A DNA stretch of 64,000 bases from Eledone cirrhosa (Eukaryota), in assembly GCA_964016885.1 (NCBI GenBank), contig OZ024740.1:179490001-179554000 (forward strand). The letters are read 5' to 3'. Below are positions 26,252 to 39,392 of the stretch, in pieces. The notes under the pieces are model-generated. The model saw nothing but the letters and a program-made list of their open reading frames with translations, searched no databases and was not told where the DNA came from. The position numbers and the translations under genes were made by a program. The number at the start of each line of letters is the position of its first letter. Position 1 is the stretch's first letter.

Positions 26252-29200
26252 AGGGCGGGTAAAGTTCCCGAGATCCTTGGACAAGTTCTCTCCAGCGGTC
26301 TCTGTCCCTCATCATCGCCGCCATGTCCTGCGTCTCCAAGAGACCCGCGTATGTCCTTAGGTCATCAACATATGTCAACCTCAGTCTCCCTAATCCACTG
26401 TGTCCATGCAGGGGGCTCCCACAGGAGCACTGAGTGCAATGTCAACTCTGGATGTCGTTGAGCATCTAACCTCAGCCTCCTCTGTGCTACTCTCAAGCTG
26501 ACGTTTGGGATGCTCTCGTACAGCTCAGAGTTTTTTATCCTCAGTCTATACTGTTTAATGTTCACAGCCATCCTCAACATTCTCGTGTAGCACCCATCCA
26601 CCATCTGACTGAGTTTCTTGGTCAGTGTCCAAGTATCAGACCCGTACAGCAGCACATATCCCACTACAGCAACGAAGAGACGGATCATCAGGTCTTTATG
26701 AAGGTCCGACTTCCACACCGATCTCAAATTGTGGCATGCCACCCAGGCTTTGCTCTTCCTCTCGATCACATCCTCTTCTGTATTCCCAATCTTTGCTCTC
26801 GCTTACATTCATAATATTCTCTGGCTTCTTAATATTTTCTACCAGATACTTCGTCTTAATCTCATTCATTCTCAGCCCCACACTCATCGACACCGTCTCA
26901 ACCTCCTGCATCAACTCCTCTGTCTCCTTCCCTGTGTTTGTGACCAGAACTATGATGTCGGCAAATTCAGCATCCGATATCTTTTTTCGCCTTAACTCTC
27001 CTGCTCTGAGCCAGTGCTACAGTAAAGGCCGAGTGCTGGTGTTTCTTCAGCGCAAGTCGCATACAATGGTCCACTGCAATGATAAAAAGGTAGGTAGCCA
27101 ATGTCTCTCCCTGGAGCACTCCAGCCATTATCTCAAAGAACTCCGTCATCCCATCTGGTGTAATGTCTTGGGCTTTGGTGTTGGTGTAGAGCAGTGATAT
27201 CAGGTCCACTATCTTCTTGGGGATTCCACAAGCCTGTAAGATCTTCAGGCAGTGACGGTCCACATAATCAAAGGCCCTCCTAAAGTCAATGAAAACCATG
27301 ACTGCAGGAAGGCTCTTTGCTCTAGCTCCCTCTAATATCCTTTTCAGCATCAGGATGTGACTGATGGTTGATCCTCTCTCCCTGAAGCCGTTATTGTTGT
27401 CCCACAGCTTCTTTTCCACCTCAGGATGTATCCTGTTAAGAATCATCCTGTTGAGGGTCTTTGCCACAATTGACGTCAGTAAGATCTCCCTGTAATTTTT
27501 GTTGTCAGAGAGATCTCCCATCTTCGGTACTGGGACGATGTTACTGATCCTCTACTGATTCAGGCAACTACTTACTCCAGTGCCTGGTTACATAACCCCA
27601 GGATGATATCATCACACATTTTCATCACCTCTGATGCCAGACCATCTCCATAACCTTTGCTCTCCTTGATCTTCTTGGCTCTATGAAGCTCCTCTCTGGT
27701 GAAGGGTCCTGTCTCATTATTCAGTACCTCAAACATCCGCCTGATCTCCCCAGTGCTCTGGGCTATGGAAGGCGGCTCTCCCAGTAGGGTTCTAAAATGG
27801 TCCAGCCATTTCCTCTGCCTATCCTCGGGCCCTGTTCGCTGGATCTGACTCGAACACCTCTTCCTCCTTATGATCTCGTTGATGATCATCCAGCTCTCCT
27901 TACACACAGACGTGTCAACCGCTCCCTCCGCACTTCTGATCTTCTCTATCAGCGCCTCCTCTCTGGCCTCAGTGTTAGCGGTACAGAGTTCTTCACTCAT
28001 CACCTCCATATTCGTCTCCTCCGTATTATCAGCATAGAATTGGTTCTTGGCAGCTTTCAAATGTTCTCTGGCTGCACACACTTTTGGGTCTGCAGAGCTG
28101 ACGTGATTTCTCTTCTTCGCTCTCCTCTGCACCAGGCCTTCACTTGCTTCCGCCACTGCATTGGCGAAGTACCCGTATCTCCTCGTCACACCCTCCTCAG
28201 TCCCTCCAAACCTTCTCTCCTCTGCCTCTCTACACAGAGCACTGAGCCTGTTCCTCACTTCTACTGTGAACCTCTCCTGTAGCTTATCATCTTCATTGAA
28301 AGCTCCCCAATCATAAATTGCTCTCCGAAGTGTTGCCTTGTTCTTTCTTAAGCTCACCTGGACCTCACTCATAACAAGCCGGTGGTCACTGCACAGTGTA
28401 CTGAAATAGTTGTATGGTTCTGTGTTCAGGACACTATACCGTCACTTTTTCCTCACCAGAATGAAATCAATCTGGGACTTGGACAGGTGCATATCTGAGA
28501 TGTAGGTCCACATCTTCCCTGGATTCTTCCTAAACCTTATGTTGGTTACCATCAATTTCACCTTCAGCGAGGTGTCTATCAGTAGTCTTCCATTTCGGTT
28601 GGTGTTGTTATGGAAGTAAGGATATTCACTGCCCTCCTTACTCAGATGTCCCCCAGAACAAGCAGGATGTTGTGTGCTTTTGTGGTGTTGACAGATCTAC
28701 ACACCTATTCATGGAACTCATGGGCACTCACGGCACTGTATCCTTCGGTTGGACTATAGGCTGAGATGACTGTCAGTCTTGGGTTTCCATTGAATATCAC
28801 CCTCAACACTCGCGGGGAGACAGGTATGATTTCCCTCACCAAGAGATTGGTTTTTGCACTGAAAACAAAACCCACTCCTCCTATTGCAGCATTCGTCGTG
28901 TTCCTCATTGCTGATGTGGTGATGATCTGACTCCTCTTCACAATCATCACTCTCGTCACGGGCTCATCGTGTAGGATCCTATGTTCTTGGATCGCAAGTA
29001 TCTGCATACCACTCTCCTCCAACATATTACCCAACTGCTCTCTCTTCTCCAGCGTCCGAACAGTCCTCACATTCAGCGTGCCAATTTGAATGGCTTTTCT
29101 GCAGGACAAAACTGGATTCTATATATTTGTCCCAGAGACAGCTGATTCCCCATTCACTGGCCCTCCATGTGGCTCTAAACTAGCCGTTAAATCGAATCTC

Positions 29201-29413
29201 CATGGATCTTTTCAGTGGCTGATAATAATTTACTGGCGCCAGTCGAATAAGGTAATTATTTAACCCATAAATGGGGCCCTAACAGGTACTACTACTCCGG
29301 GCCAGAGCAGACCTGGAAGTGATAACAACTAAGGGGTAACTCCACATTCCCCACAGCTCCTGAACTCCCGAACTGGAGCTTGCCACTGGATGTAGTTTAA
29401 TGTCATCCCCGGG

Positions 29414-29416
<3 letters not shown>
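26252..29416 (-). mobile_element. Full-length but disrupted RTE-clade LINE (APE endonuclease + RT)
   Basis: IGTLNVRT, LAIQEHR, GGVGF, ISAYSPT, QIDFIL, SDHRL (APE); NYREI, NGFRE, VFIDFRRAFD, GVLQGETLATYLF, EFAD, LLYGSDTWTLT (RT and C-terminus). (TA)n at both ends. Confidence 0.93.
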
Positions 29417-29488
<72 letters not shown>

Positions 29489-30220
29489 CATGTTAAGCTG
29501 GAGAGAATATATATATATATATTTTTTTTTGTGTGACAGTTCATCGCCAACAATTACGAGATCCAACCACGAGACAGATACCACTAAGTGCATATCTAGA
29601 CATTTGCGCAAGTAATAAGACACTCAAATTCCAAGTCTTCCCATTTTACCTTTGCACTAACAATACAACATAACAAATACGAATAAATAAGGAAAATATT
29701 TATTCAAAAATATAGACCAGCATTATATATGGTTTAATATACATTATGTCAACACCATAACATGCTAACCATCCAAACAGACACATACATATACACACAC
29801 ATAACACCCATCATACACACACCGTATCCCCCCCCCCACACACAACTCGCTCCCCCATTTCGACTAATAGAATCACTTTCCTACACACAAAATATATATA
29901 TTCTCTCGATCTTAACATACTAACCATTCTCCCACACCCACATACACACACACACATAACACCCAAACACACACACAACTCCCTCTCCCATTTCTACTAA
30001 TACAATCATCTTCCTACACACACACACACACACAACCACACACATAAACATACATATCTCTATTTTCTTTATTTCAAGAGAAAGTCTGAATTCTGACACC
30101 CCAGCGAACCAGCCATATTCACTGAACCAGAACAATTCTCACCATCCAATTTCTCTTGACCATTATCTTTTGTTTGGTACAAAATTCTCTAGAAGACGAC
30201 AAAACAAATTCCCAAATGCG

Positions 30221-30490
30221 GGCGCGAAATTTAATGAACTTGTTCACGTGACAGTCATAATTTCATTTATAACCAATCAAATTACATTTTAAAAAAAGCC
30301 TTCGTGGGCAACTTTTTTTAAAGTAAAAAGACATTCAAACACAAACTGGCGCGAAAGCTGATGTGCTTATTCACGTGACTGCATCAACCAACCAAACTTC
30401 ACTCATATATGAAAAAACAAACTGATCCTTTGTTTGAAGAACTTTGTAACGGGAACTGGCGTGAAATGTATTATTCATCAACCAATCAAA
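30221..30490 (+). promoter_or_regulatory. Three repeated E2F-like / E-box / CCAAT modules
   Basis: GGCGCGAAA 30221 and 30348 (GGCGTGAAA 30458); TCACGTGA 30244 and 30371; CCAATCA 30273 and 30482. Function inferred from motif match only. Confidence 0.45.
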
Positions 30491-30601
30491 TTACTTCCCT
30501 AAAAACCTGGCATCTTGAGCCACTTTTTTTCGATATAAAACAAGTAACATTCAAAGACCAACCAGATGTGAGAAAACCACAGACCCTCCATCTCAACACT
30601 A

Positions 30602-30638
30602 CTTTTGAAAAGCAGAAGAAATGCGAAACCGGTAAAGG
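30602..30638 (+). ncRNA. Compact type I hammerhead, U3-A8 core variant
   Basis: CTT-TTGAAAA-GCA(gaagaaa)TGC-GAAA-CCGG-TA^-AAG, with palindromic ACCGGT stem III. Confidence 0.7.
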
Positions 30639-30747
30639 AACCAAATAAATATATATATTTAAAAAAAAAAAGACTCCAGTTGCATTTTCGATTTCATCTT
30701 TTTTCCTTATATATATATATATTTCTTTTTTAATACATATACATAGT

Positions 30748-30915
30748 TGTAATAAACAACATAAGATAATTATTTCATTTACCAGTGGTTTGTTGAAAGC
30801 CGATATTTTGCCTGTTTTCAGTCGTCAGAATGAATAAAAAACAGAATAAATATGGATTTAAAACAAAAATATTTAAGAAATATGAAATGGAGGCTGAGAA
30901 ACAAACGGACGAAAT
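30748..30915 (-). repeat. pLTR copy of the element-3 family (HHR with GAAA>CAAA)
   Basis: Direct repeat of 38147-38326. Confidence 0.8.
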
Positions 30916-31039
30916 AGAAGAGTAGAAAAAATATATAAATATATAGAAAAACAATAAATATCCAGAATGTAAGCAGACACACTAAACCACGCACATATAC
31001 TTAAAAGGTACAAAGACATATACTTTATCACATAAGCGT

Positions 31040-31385
31040 ATTAGCGTTTAGTGGTTAGAGCATTGGCCTTGCAATCGAAAGGTTGTGAGTTCAATTTTCA
31101 GACCGGGTGATGTGTTGTTTCCTTGAGCAAGACACTTTATTTCACATTGCTCCAGTTTACTCAGCTGTAGAAATGAGATGATAGGGACTGGTTTCCCTAT
31201 CATTCCACTGCAAAGTGGACGTCTAGGCGCCACGGCAAAAAAGCACCCAGCACTCACTGTAAATGAGGTTGGTGTTAGGAAGGGTATCCAGCTGTAGAAA
31301 TCAAGCCAGAATCAGTTCCCGTCCCACCCTTGCAAGCAGGGAAAAGCGGACGTAAAATGAAATGATGATGATGAAATGATGATAC
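31040..31385 (+). mobile_element. tRNA-derived CORE-type SINE with RTE-like tail
   Basis: TAGTGGTTAGAGC A box, GAGTTCAATT B box, CORE-like TCCTTGAGCAAGACACTT...CAGCTGTAGAAATG, tail GCGGACGTAAAATGA(TGA)n. Confidence 0.8.
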
Positions 31386-32107
31386 ATATACATGAAGTAA
31401 AAGATAAATAAATGAATAAGAACAAAACATATACAAAGTCAAAAACAAAAGGGAGACATGTTGACAGCGGTAAGTGTGTGGCGGTGGAAGGAGGGGGGAA
31501 TAAATACAACTTAAAAACAAAACATATACAAGGGATGTGCATATACAAAAAAATATACATAAACATACACAGACACACACACATATATATATATATATAT
31601 ACATAGAACCTCATACACACGTATAAAAACACACACACATATGCATGTGTATATATAGATATATATACATAAAAATATAAAATGAACATACGTACACACA
31701 CACATACACATGCTTGCAAAAATAAATATACATAAACACAACCACACACATACATACATATATTTTAAAACATGCATACAACCATATTTCACACACATCC
31801 ACATACATACACATAAATGTCTACAATAAAGAGCATAGGTTCATAACCTACGTACATACACAAACAAATGCGTGCGCTCGCATACGCACGTAATAGAATC
31901 AACACACGCATACAAAAAACCATACATAAATCCTTACACGCAAAAAAAATTACAATAATCCATAATTACAAAAGTATATATACAGCTGCATACACACACA
32001 TATACGTAACCACATACATATAACCATATAAATATAATGAACATATACAAACACACATATATATAAACACAAACACACATATATATATACACGTATATAT
32101 ATATACA

Positions 32108-32164
<57 letters not shown>

Positions 32165-32284
32165 GTTTGTATATGTTTATTATATGTATGGGGTTACGTA
32201 TATGTGTGTGTATGCGGCTGTATATATACTTTTGTAATTATGGGTTATTATAATTTTTAAATTAAATATATATATATATATATA

Positions 32285-32814
32285 GTTAAAAGAATAGAGG
32301 TGTAACACACAAGTTATTATATATTGGTAAAAGAATAGAAAATGCTGACAAATCGTTCACAGTGAAAAATAGTTTAATTAGGAATAAATGAGAATTAGTA
32401 ATTGTATTGCTTAGTATTCAGTTTTGGTTTTAAGTTTTACCGGTTGCGCATTTCTAAATGCTTTTCAAAAATAATTTTGAGATAGAGCGTCCGTGATGTT
32501 TGCTCTGATCTCATTAGTTTTGGGAATTATACCTGTTTTTATGTTAAAAAAGTGGCTCCAGCGCTATTAAAATTGGTGTTTGCGCCAATTCGTGTTGCAA
32601 AAATTCTTGTGATCAAAACAATTTTGATTGGTCGGTAGAGGTCATGTGAATGTAAAAAATTGATTTTGCGCCAAGACTGAGAAATGACTCTTTCACAACA
32701 AATATGTGTGTGTGTGTGTGTGTAGTAGTAGTAAAGTGGTCGTTGTTGTGATAATGGTTAGCAGGGATGTGTGCGCGAACCGCAGCCTGTTGACAGTTCA
32801 AATGCCTATTAAGA

Positions 32815-32898
<84 letters not shown>

Positions 32899-33139
32899 GC
32901 AGAGTAATTCGTGGTAGAGGGATGGTCAGTAGGAATGTGGCTGTAAGTGAGTGGGGGATATTTTAACATGTTAAAAGATATTTTTCAGCTCTTGTGTTAT
33001 ACGGAGAAGTGTGTGTGTGTGTGTGTATGTAGAAGAGTAATTCGTGGTAGAGGGATGGTCAGTAGGAATGTGTCTGTAAGTGAGTGGGGTATATTTTAAC
33101 AAGTTAAAATATATTTTTCAGCTCTTGTCTTATACGGAG

Positions 33140-33177
<38 letters not shown>

Positions 33178-33365
33178 GTGTAAGTCTCTTTGTATGTTAA
33201 TGTACGCGTGTGTATGTGTGTGTGTATATATATGTGTGTGTGTGTGTGTGGGTGTGGGTGGACCTGTATTTTTTTCCTGGTAAGATGGTGTACATTATTC
33301 GATATTTTCAGTAAAATCGATTCTCTCAATAGAACATCAAAAACCTTAACAATAAAAGGTGTGAA
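32285..33365 (-). mobile_element. PLE 3' UTR related to 29730-30650
   Basis: Same HHR (32420-32470, GAAA>GCAA) and the GGCGCAAAA/TCACATGA/CCAATCA module. Internal duplication 32890-33025 / 33025-33165. Confidence 0.65.
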
Positions 33366-33399
33366 ATGATATTCACTATATATATATATATACATATAT

Positions 33400-33441
<42 letters not shown>

Positions 33442-34098
33442 TGTGTTGCACCATAGAACATGTGTGTTTACGTATGTCATTGTGTTTATATGTAGGTAGA
33501 GATGTGTGCTGATGTAGGTATTTATGTTGACGTGTGTATGTTGTGGGTTCGTCTTAGGGAGAAGTGTTTAGACCGGGTCCGTATTTGTTAATTATATATA
33601 TATATATATATAAAGGAAAAGAATGTTTCTCATTGTTGAATATAAGTCACCAATTCGGTGGAGGTATATTTCGAGAGTTGTAAGGTTGCCACGAGGAACC
33701 AGGTTTGGTAGAAAGATATGATAGGAATATCGACAACGACTTTAGCTTGTTTTTACATTCTTTATTAACCAAGGTTAAGAAGTGAATTAGGCTGGCATGC
33801 CAAGAGAAATGAAACAAATAAATTAAGATTACAAGAGAAAATACGGGCGACTGGCTGAAGGCGTTTGGCCAGGCTCGTAGGTAATGTTTTGTCGTTACAT
33901 ATTGTTTGTGCTTACGGAGCAAAAGAACAAGCGTGTTTTACCTTAGCATGGTCCCGCTGCGAGTGATAGCGTCCTCAAATCATTGCGGGCTATTTCTCTC
34001 TCAGAACGCGTAGGGATACATCCTCTTCTACTGGCGCTGATTGGCTGAGCTGAGCCAAATCACGACAGAGAATGTATGTGAGCCCGCGGACTGTAGAT

Positions 34099-34738
<640 letters not shown>

Positions 34739-34755
34739 TATACATATATACATAT

Positions 34756-34816
<61 letters not shown>

Positions 34817-34833
34817 TATACATATATACATAT

Positions 34834-35076
<243 letters not shown>

Positions 35077-35079
35077 CAT

Positions 35080-35164
<85 letters not shown>

Positions 35165-35166
<2 letters not shown>

Positions 35167-35290
35167 CGTGTGGCTGAGTGGTTAGAGAATTGGATTCGCA
35201 ATCGTAAGATTGTGAGTTCGTTCACTGGATCAGGCGATGCGTTATGTCCTTGAGCAAGACACTTTATTTCACGTTGCTCCTTCTACCTGG
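35165..35290 (+). mobile_element. Truncated CORE-type SINE
   Basis: Same head and core as 31040-31150. Confidence 0.75.
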
Positions 35291-35889
35291 AGTTGCGACC
35301 GATAGATAGTATTAGCAATTGGAAAGACCAACGGAAACATTGTTCCCTCGGTCCGATTTGATGAAAGTCGATCGTTCCATATACACACATACACATACGG
35401 ACACACGCACATACACACACATAAAAAAAATCGAAATACTATAAATGAATATACACATGAGCTTGTCTGCATAAGCGCCCGCACACAACCCTGGTAAGTA
35501 AAATAAAAGACCTAATGGATAAGTAAGGACAAAAGGGGAGTAAAACTTAAATAAAATAAAAAAACACAATTATTAAGAACAGGTATGGGAAAAAAGTGTT
35601 GTTAAAGGTTTGTGATGAGATCTAGATAAGAGTATCTGGTTAAAAAGTGAACTGAGTAAAGTATAAATGTGGTGGGTGTGTGTGTGTAAAAGGTAAGGTA
35701 GAAGGCATGGGGCGGGGGGGATTATACGTCACTGAACATTTTTTTTTTTAATAAAAAAAATATAAAAAGGTATATAGAAGATGATAAGGGAGAGAAAGTA
35801 TATATGGTTAGAAAGTATGAGTTCATAAGATTCGTGGAGAGTGGAAGGCGTGATGAGTAAAGAAGAAGCTCATGGTGGTTGAGTAATCG

Positions 35890-37961
35890 TAGGAAACTTA
35901 ATCCAGTTAAAAAGTAGATGCGATTTCAGATGCGAACAACATCTGAAATCTCGGTCTTAGAATTGAGGCAAGTGGAAGGGGCATTCAAGTTTTGGATAAT
36001 TCTAAATTTTTCCGTAGTGCACAAAGAACATTTCTTTGTGCCCCTTTGGTATTCGCTTGAATGGTCTAAAATAGACCAATCAATAGTATACGGAATGTTT
36101 TTGTCTTTAAATTCCCACACTTTATTTGCCAGCGCCGTTGCTGTTCTTTTATCAGGGTGTCTGAAAGAAGCGACAAGTGCATAATATCTGATTTTGAATC
36201 TGTCCTGAGTCATGCTAACATATCGTTCACACCTGGCTGACTGGTTTTTAATCATCGGTGTCAATTTGGCCTCATACACAATGGATTTGGTATTACATTT
36301 ACCCTGTAATGGGCATTCTTCCGGCTTCCTGCAACTACATCTCGGATCCACTCTCGTACGATTATAGTTGGTAATTTTAGTCTTCATTGATGGGCAGCAA
36401 GAGTAACTGATTTTGACTATGATTAGGGGAAAAATGTTTGTCTAGGAGGTCGAGGAATTTTCTTCCTACGTTAGTTTTAACAGTTAGAGAGAAGGGGGTG
36501 TAAACCAAATAATTTTTCTTTTCCTATTTTTGTGTTTAGTGTTAGAGAGAGGAGTAGGCAAATATTTAATATGTTCGGTGAAACCGCTGTTACGGACGGC
36601 TTTATTATAATAAGGGGCGCCTTTGTTAAAAATGTCTATAGACGAAGATAGGGTAGACATCCTACGGCTAATGTTAGGAATAAGATTTATAAAAACTATA
36701 GGCTGATGGCAAGACTCTTTATGTATATATCTTAAATTCTCGTTCGGTTTATAAGGTTTAAAAGAGGCAGTAAGTAGATCAAGATTAATATCAAGAAAGT
36801 TAGTATTAGTAAGATTCGTATCTATAGTAATTTTAAGGTTTATTAATTAAATCTTTACGGAATTTATCAAGGTATGGCCGTTGGTGGTATGAGAAACTGC
36901 CAAGCCATCGTCTCGGTATAAACCGATATTATGGCACGGAAATTTCTCTTTAAGGGTGTGAAGGAGGAATGATCATACTAAGTCACACACATCAGCACTA
37001 TCATATGAGCCCATCACAACATCAAAAGAGTTTTCAGGGCTTGATTTTTTTGCCCAAATACGTTCATTAGCAAAGAGTAGTGTTTTCCTAGCATGAAAGA
37101 TAACGTCTTCTAATTTAGAAATATTAATGAAAAGTCTTGCAAATCTAAGGCTATTATTAATAAGGATTCAGTGATAGAGGGATAAAAATCAACAATATCA
37201 AATTGGGTAAATCTACACTTTTTAAATTGGGTAAATCTACATTTTTACCTTGTATAATATTAAACCAAGAAATAACAGAGGATGTATTTAACCATTGTAA
37301 TACGTCAGTCATAATTCTTATTTGAAGTATTATTTTTCTTAAGATTTTTTTACTCGCAAGGCCAACTTCAGATTTAGCAGGGTTAATTAGTCTACAGCTA
37401 GGTCGATTAGTAAAGTCTGATTTATGGTCTTTAAAGTTAATATATTATTTACGTTTAGCTAGGCTTTCAATCCGGTTATCTATTTTTAAAATACTAACTA
37501 GGTCTTTAGCTTCATTGTTAATGGTATTGTAGGTATTAATGTTAGCTATTCGATATTTGGCGGTAACGCTATCAGTTAAACGTTGGTTATACGAAATATT
37601 ATTTACTTCAAAGAGATTTTTAGTTTTATCAGAGAAAACGAAAGTGTTTGTAGAGTGTTTAACATTAGAAATATCGTTAGAGAGTTTTGATTGAAAGTTA
37701 TTGTTGTACTTACGGTATTTAGTTTCACTAATTAAGATCTATTTCGAAGTTGGCCATGTCTTTAACTCTAGGTGGGTATTTGTGGGATTTAATGTCAAAG
37801 AAGTCATTGGAATCAGCACAGAATTTTCCGTCGTAAATCATGGCCTTCCATCTCATTCTTTTAATGACTTGTTCAATTTTATCGATAAGCATTTTGGTGT
37901 AGGTTGTGTTGGAACGAGTAGGTATATTTTTGATAGAATAATCCAATTCATAAACGTCCAT
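35890..37961 (-). pseudogene. PLE RT + GIY-YIG endonuclease, disrupted
   Basis: MDVYELDYSIKNIP...IKRMRWKA, CRLINPAKSEVG, QFDIVDFYP, FDVVMGSYDSADVCDL, GLYRDDGL, CSCRKPEECPLQGKC, SIVY, KKCSLCTTEK. Confidence 0.92.
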
Positions 37962-38169
37962 GGTGTATGTTGGTTAATTTCCTGAAACTGTAGAGTGCTC
38001 AACTTATCGGACTGGAAGATGCCAATCATATACGTAATATAAAATATGCTTCGATCATTCCGGTTGGAGCTGTATAAATGAAGTAATTCTGTCGGAAAGG
38101 TACAGGAAAAAAGAGTGCTCTATTTAGGCTACAGAGCTTATTAGTTATGTAATAAACAACATAAGATAA

Positions 38170-38237
38170 TTATTTCATTTACCAGTGGTTTCTTGTAAGC
38201 AGATATTTTATCTATTTTCAGTCGTCAGAATGAATAA
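38170..38237 (-). ncRNA. Type I hammerhead ribozyme
   Basis: TTATTCATT-CTGACGA-stem II-GAAA-CCACTGG-TA^-AATGAAATAA. The first stem II pair is C.A. Confidence 0.7.
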
Positions 38238-38327
38238 ATAGCATGGGTTTTTTTTATTAAATATGGATTTGAAAACAAAAATATTTAAGAAATATGAAAG
38301 TGAGTCTGAGAAACAAACGGACGAAAA

Positions 38328-38400
<73 letters not shown>

Positions 38401-38779
38401 CGTGCGTGTGTGTGTGTATAAATAATATATATATATAAATATATATATGATCAAATATTCTATGACAGATGCAAATAAATTTTACATATTAATACATACA
38501 ATTATGATGGCAAATAAGGGAATTTAGAATTAAGCCTGTATGGGCTATATAACATTAGATGTCTTATCAAAAAGGTGTACCTAGAAGTAGATGAATATAT
38601 CTGAATATATAGAGACTGAGGTAATAAATCAGTAGTCACGGACACATATGTATCACAGTGATAATAACTCTAGATAGATATGTGATGTTGTTTGCTTTAT
38701 TTCTAAACATCAATTTTATTCGTTTTTCTTTATGCGGTATGGGTGAATTTCTACGTTATTTGGTAGAAATGGAGAAGTA

Positions 38780-38872
<93 letters not shown>

Positions 38873-39392
38873 GTGTGTGTGTTGTGCGTGTGTGTGTCTG
38901 GATTGATTGCTAGCATACTAGATATTAAAATATTAAAATATATTTAAGTATATTTAGCTGTGGTCTCTATTTTCGAAAAAAATATTTTATTTATTTATTC
39001 CTGTTTGGTCTGTGGTATTGTCAGATGAGACGAGAGATTGTCTGGGTAAAGTTAAATTCGGAAGAATTGGAAGCCGGGCGTCTTCTTGGCTCCAAAAAAT
39101 TCCAAATTTCCACTGAGTGGTATCTTTATTGTGGTAGGGTCTCGTAATTGTCGGTGATGAATTTTCATTCTGCTTCTGAGGGTGAGTTTAGTTTGCCACA
39201 TTTTCTGAAAATTGGTGTTGGGTTTGTAGTGCATAATTTGGCACTGGTGAGTGATGTTTTTAGTGATTTAGGTTGTCTTTTGCTTTTGATTATTCTAAGT
39301 TTGGGTCTTGGGTCTTGTTTCAATAGTGGGATACGATAATGATGTATGCTTCTGTATCTCTAGCGTTGTGTGTAACGATATATGATAGATTA

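Larger units (their letters stand above)
29531..30650 (+). mobile_element. 5'-truncated PLE (non-Naiad, Neptune-like GIY-YIG C-terminus) with long 3' UTR
   Basis: VTVHRQQLRDPTTRQIPLSAYLDICA...FQVFPFY...RINKE, then a CA-rich UTR and a terminal HHR. Confidence 0.75.
35380..38326 (-). mobile_element. Naiad-type Penelope-like retroelement 3
   Basis: Upstream pLTR 38147-38326 with HHR, and a disrupted ORF. The 3' pLTR may be 30748-30915, displaced by nested insertions (inference). Confidence 0.88.

Noticed and set aside
26625-28282. Plus-strand ORFs of 190 and 161 aa
   Set aside because: Antisense shadows of the RTE LINE coding region.
31040-31110. tRNA gene
   Set aside because: tRNA-derived SINE head with no complete cloverleaf, continuing into SINE body.
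33870-34040. Possible hammerhead on the minus strand (TTGAGGA, GAAA)
   Set aside because: No consistent stems or UH site in either topology.
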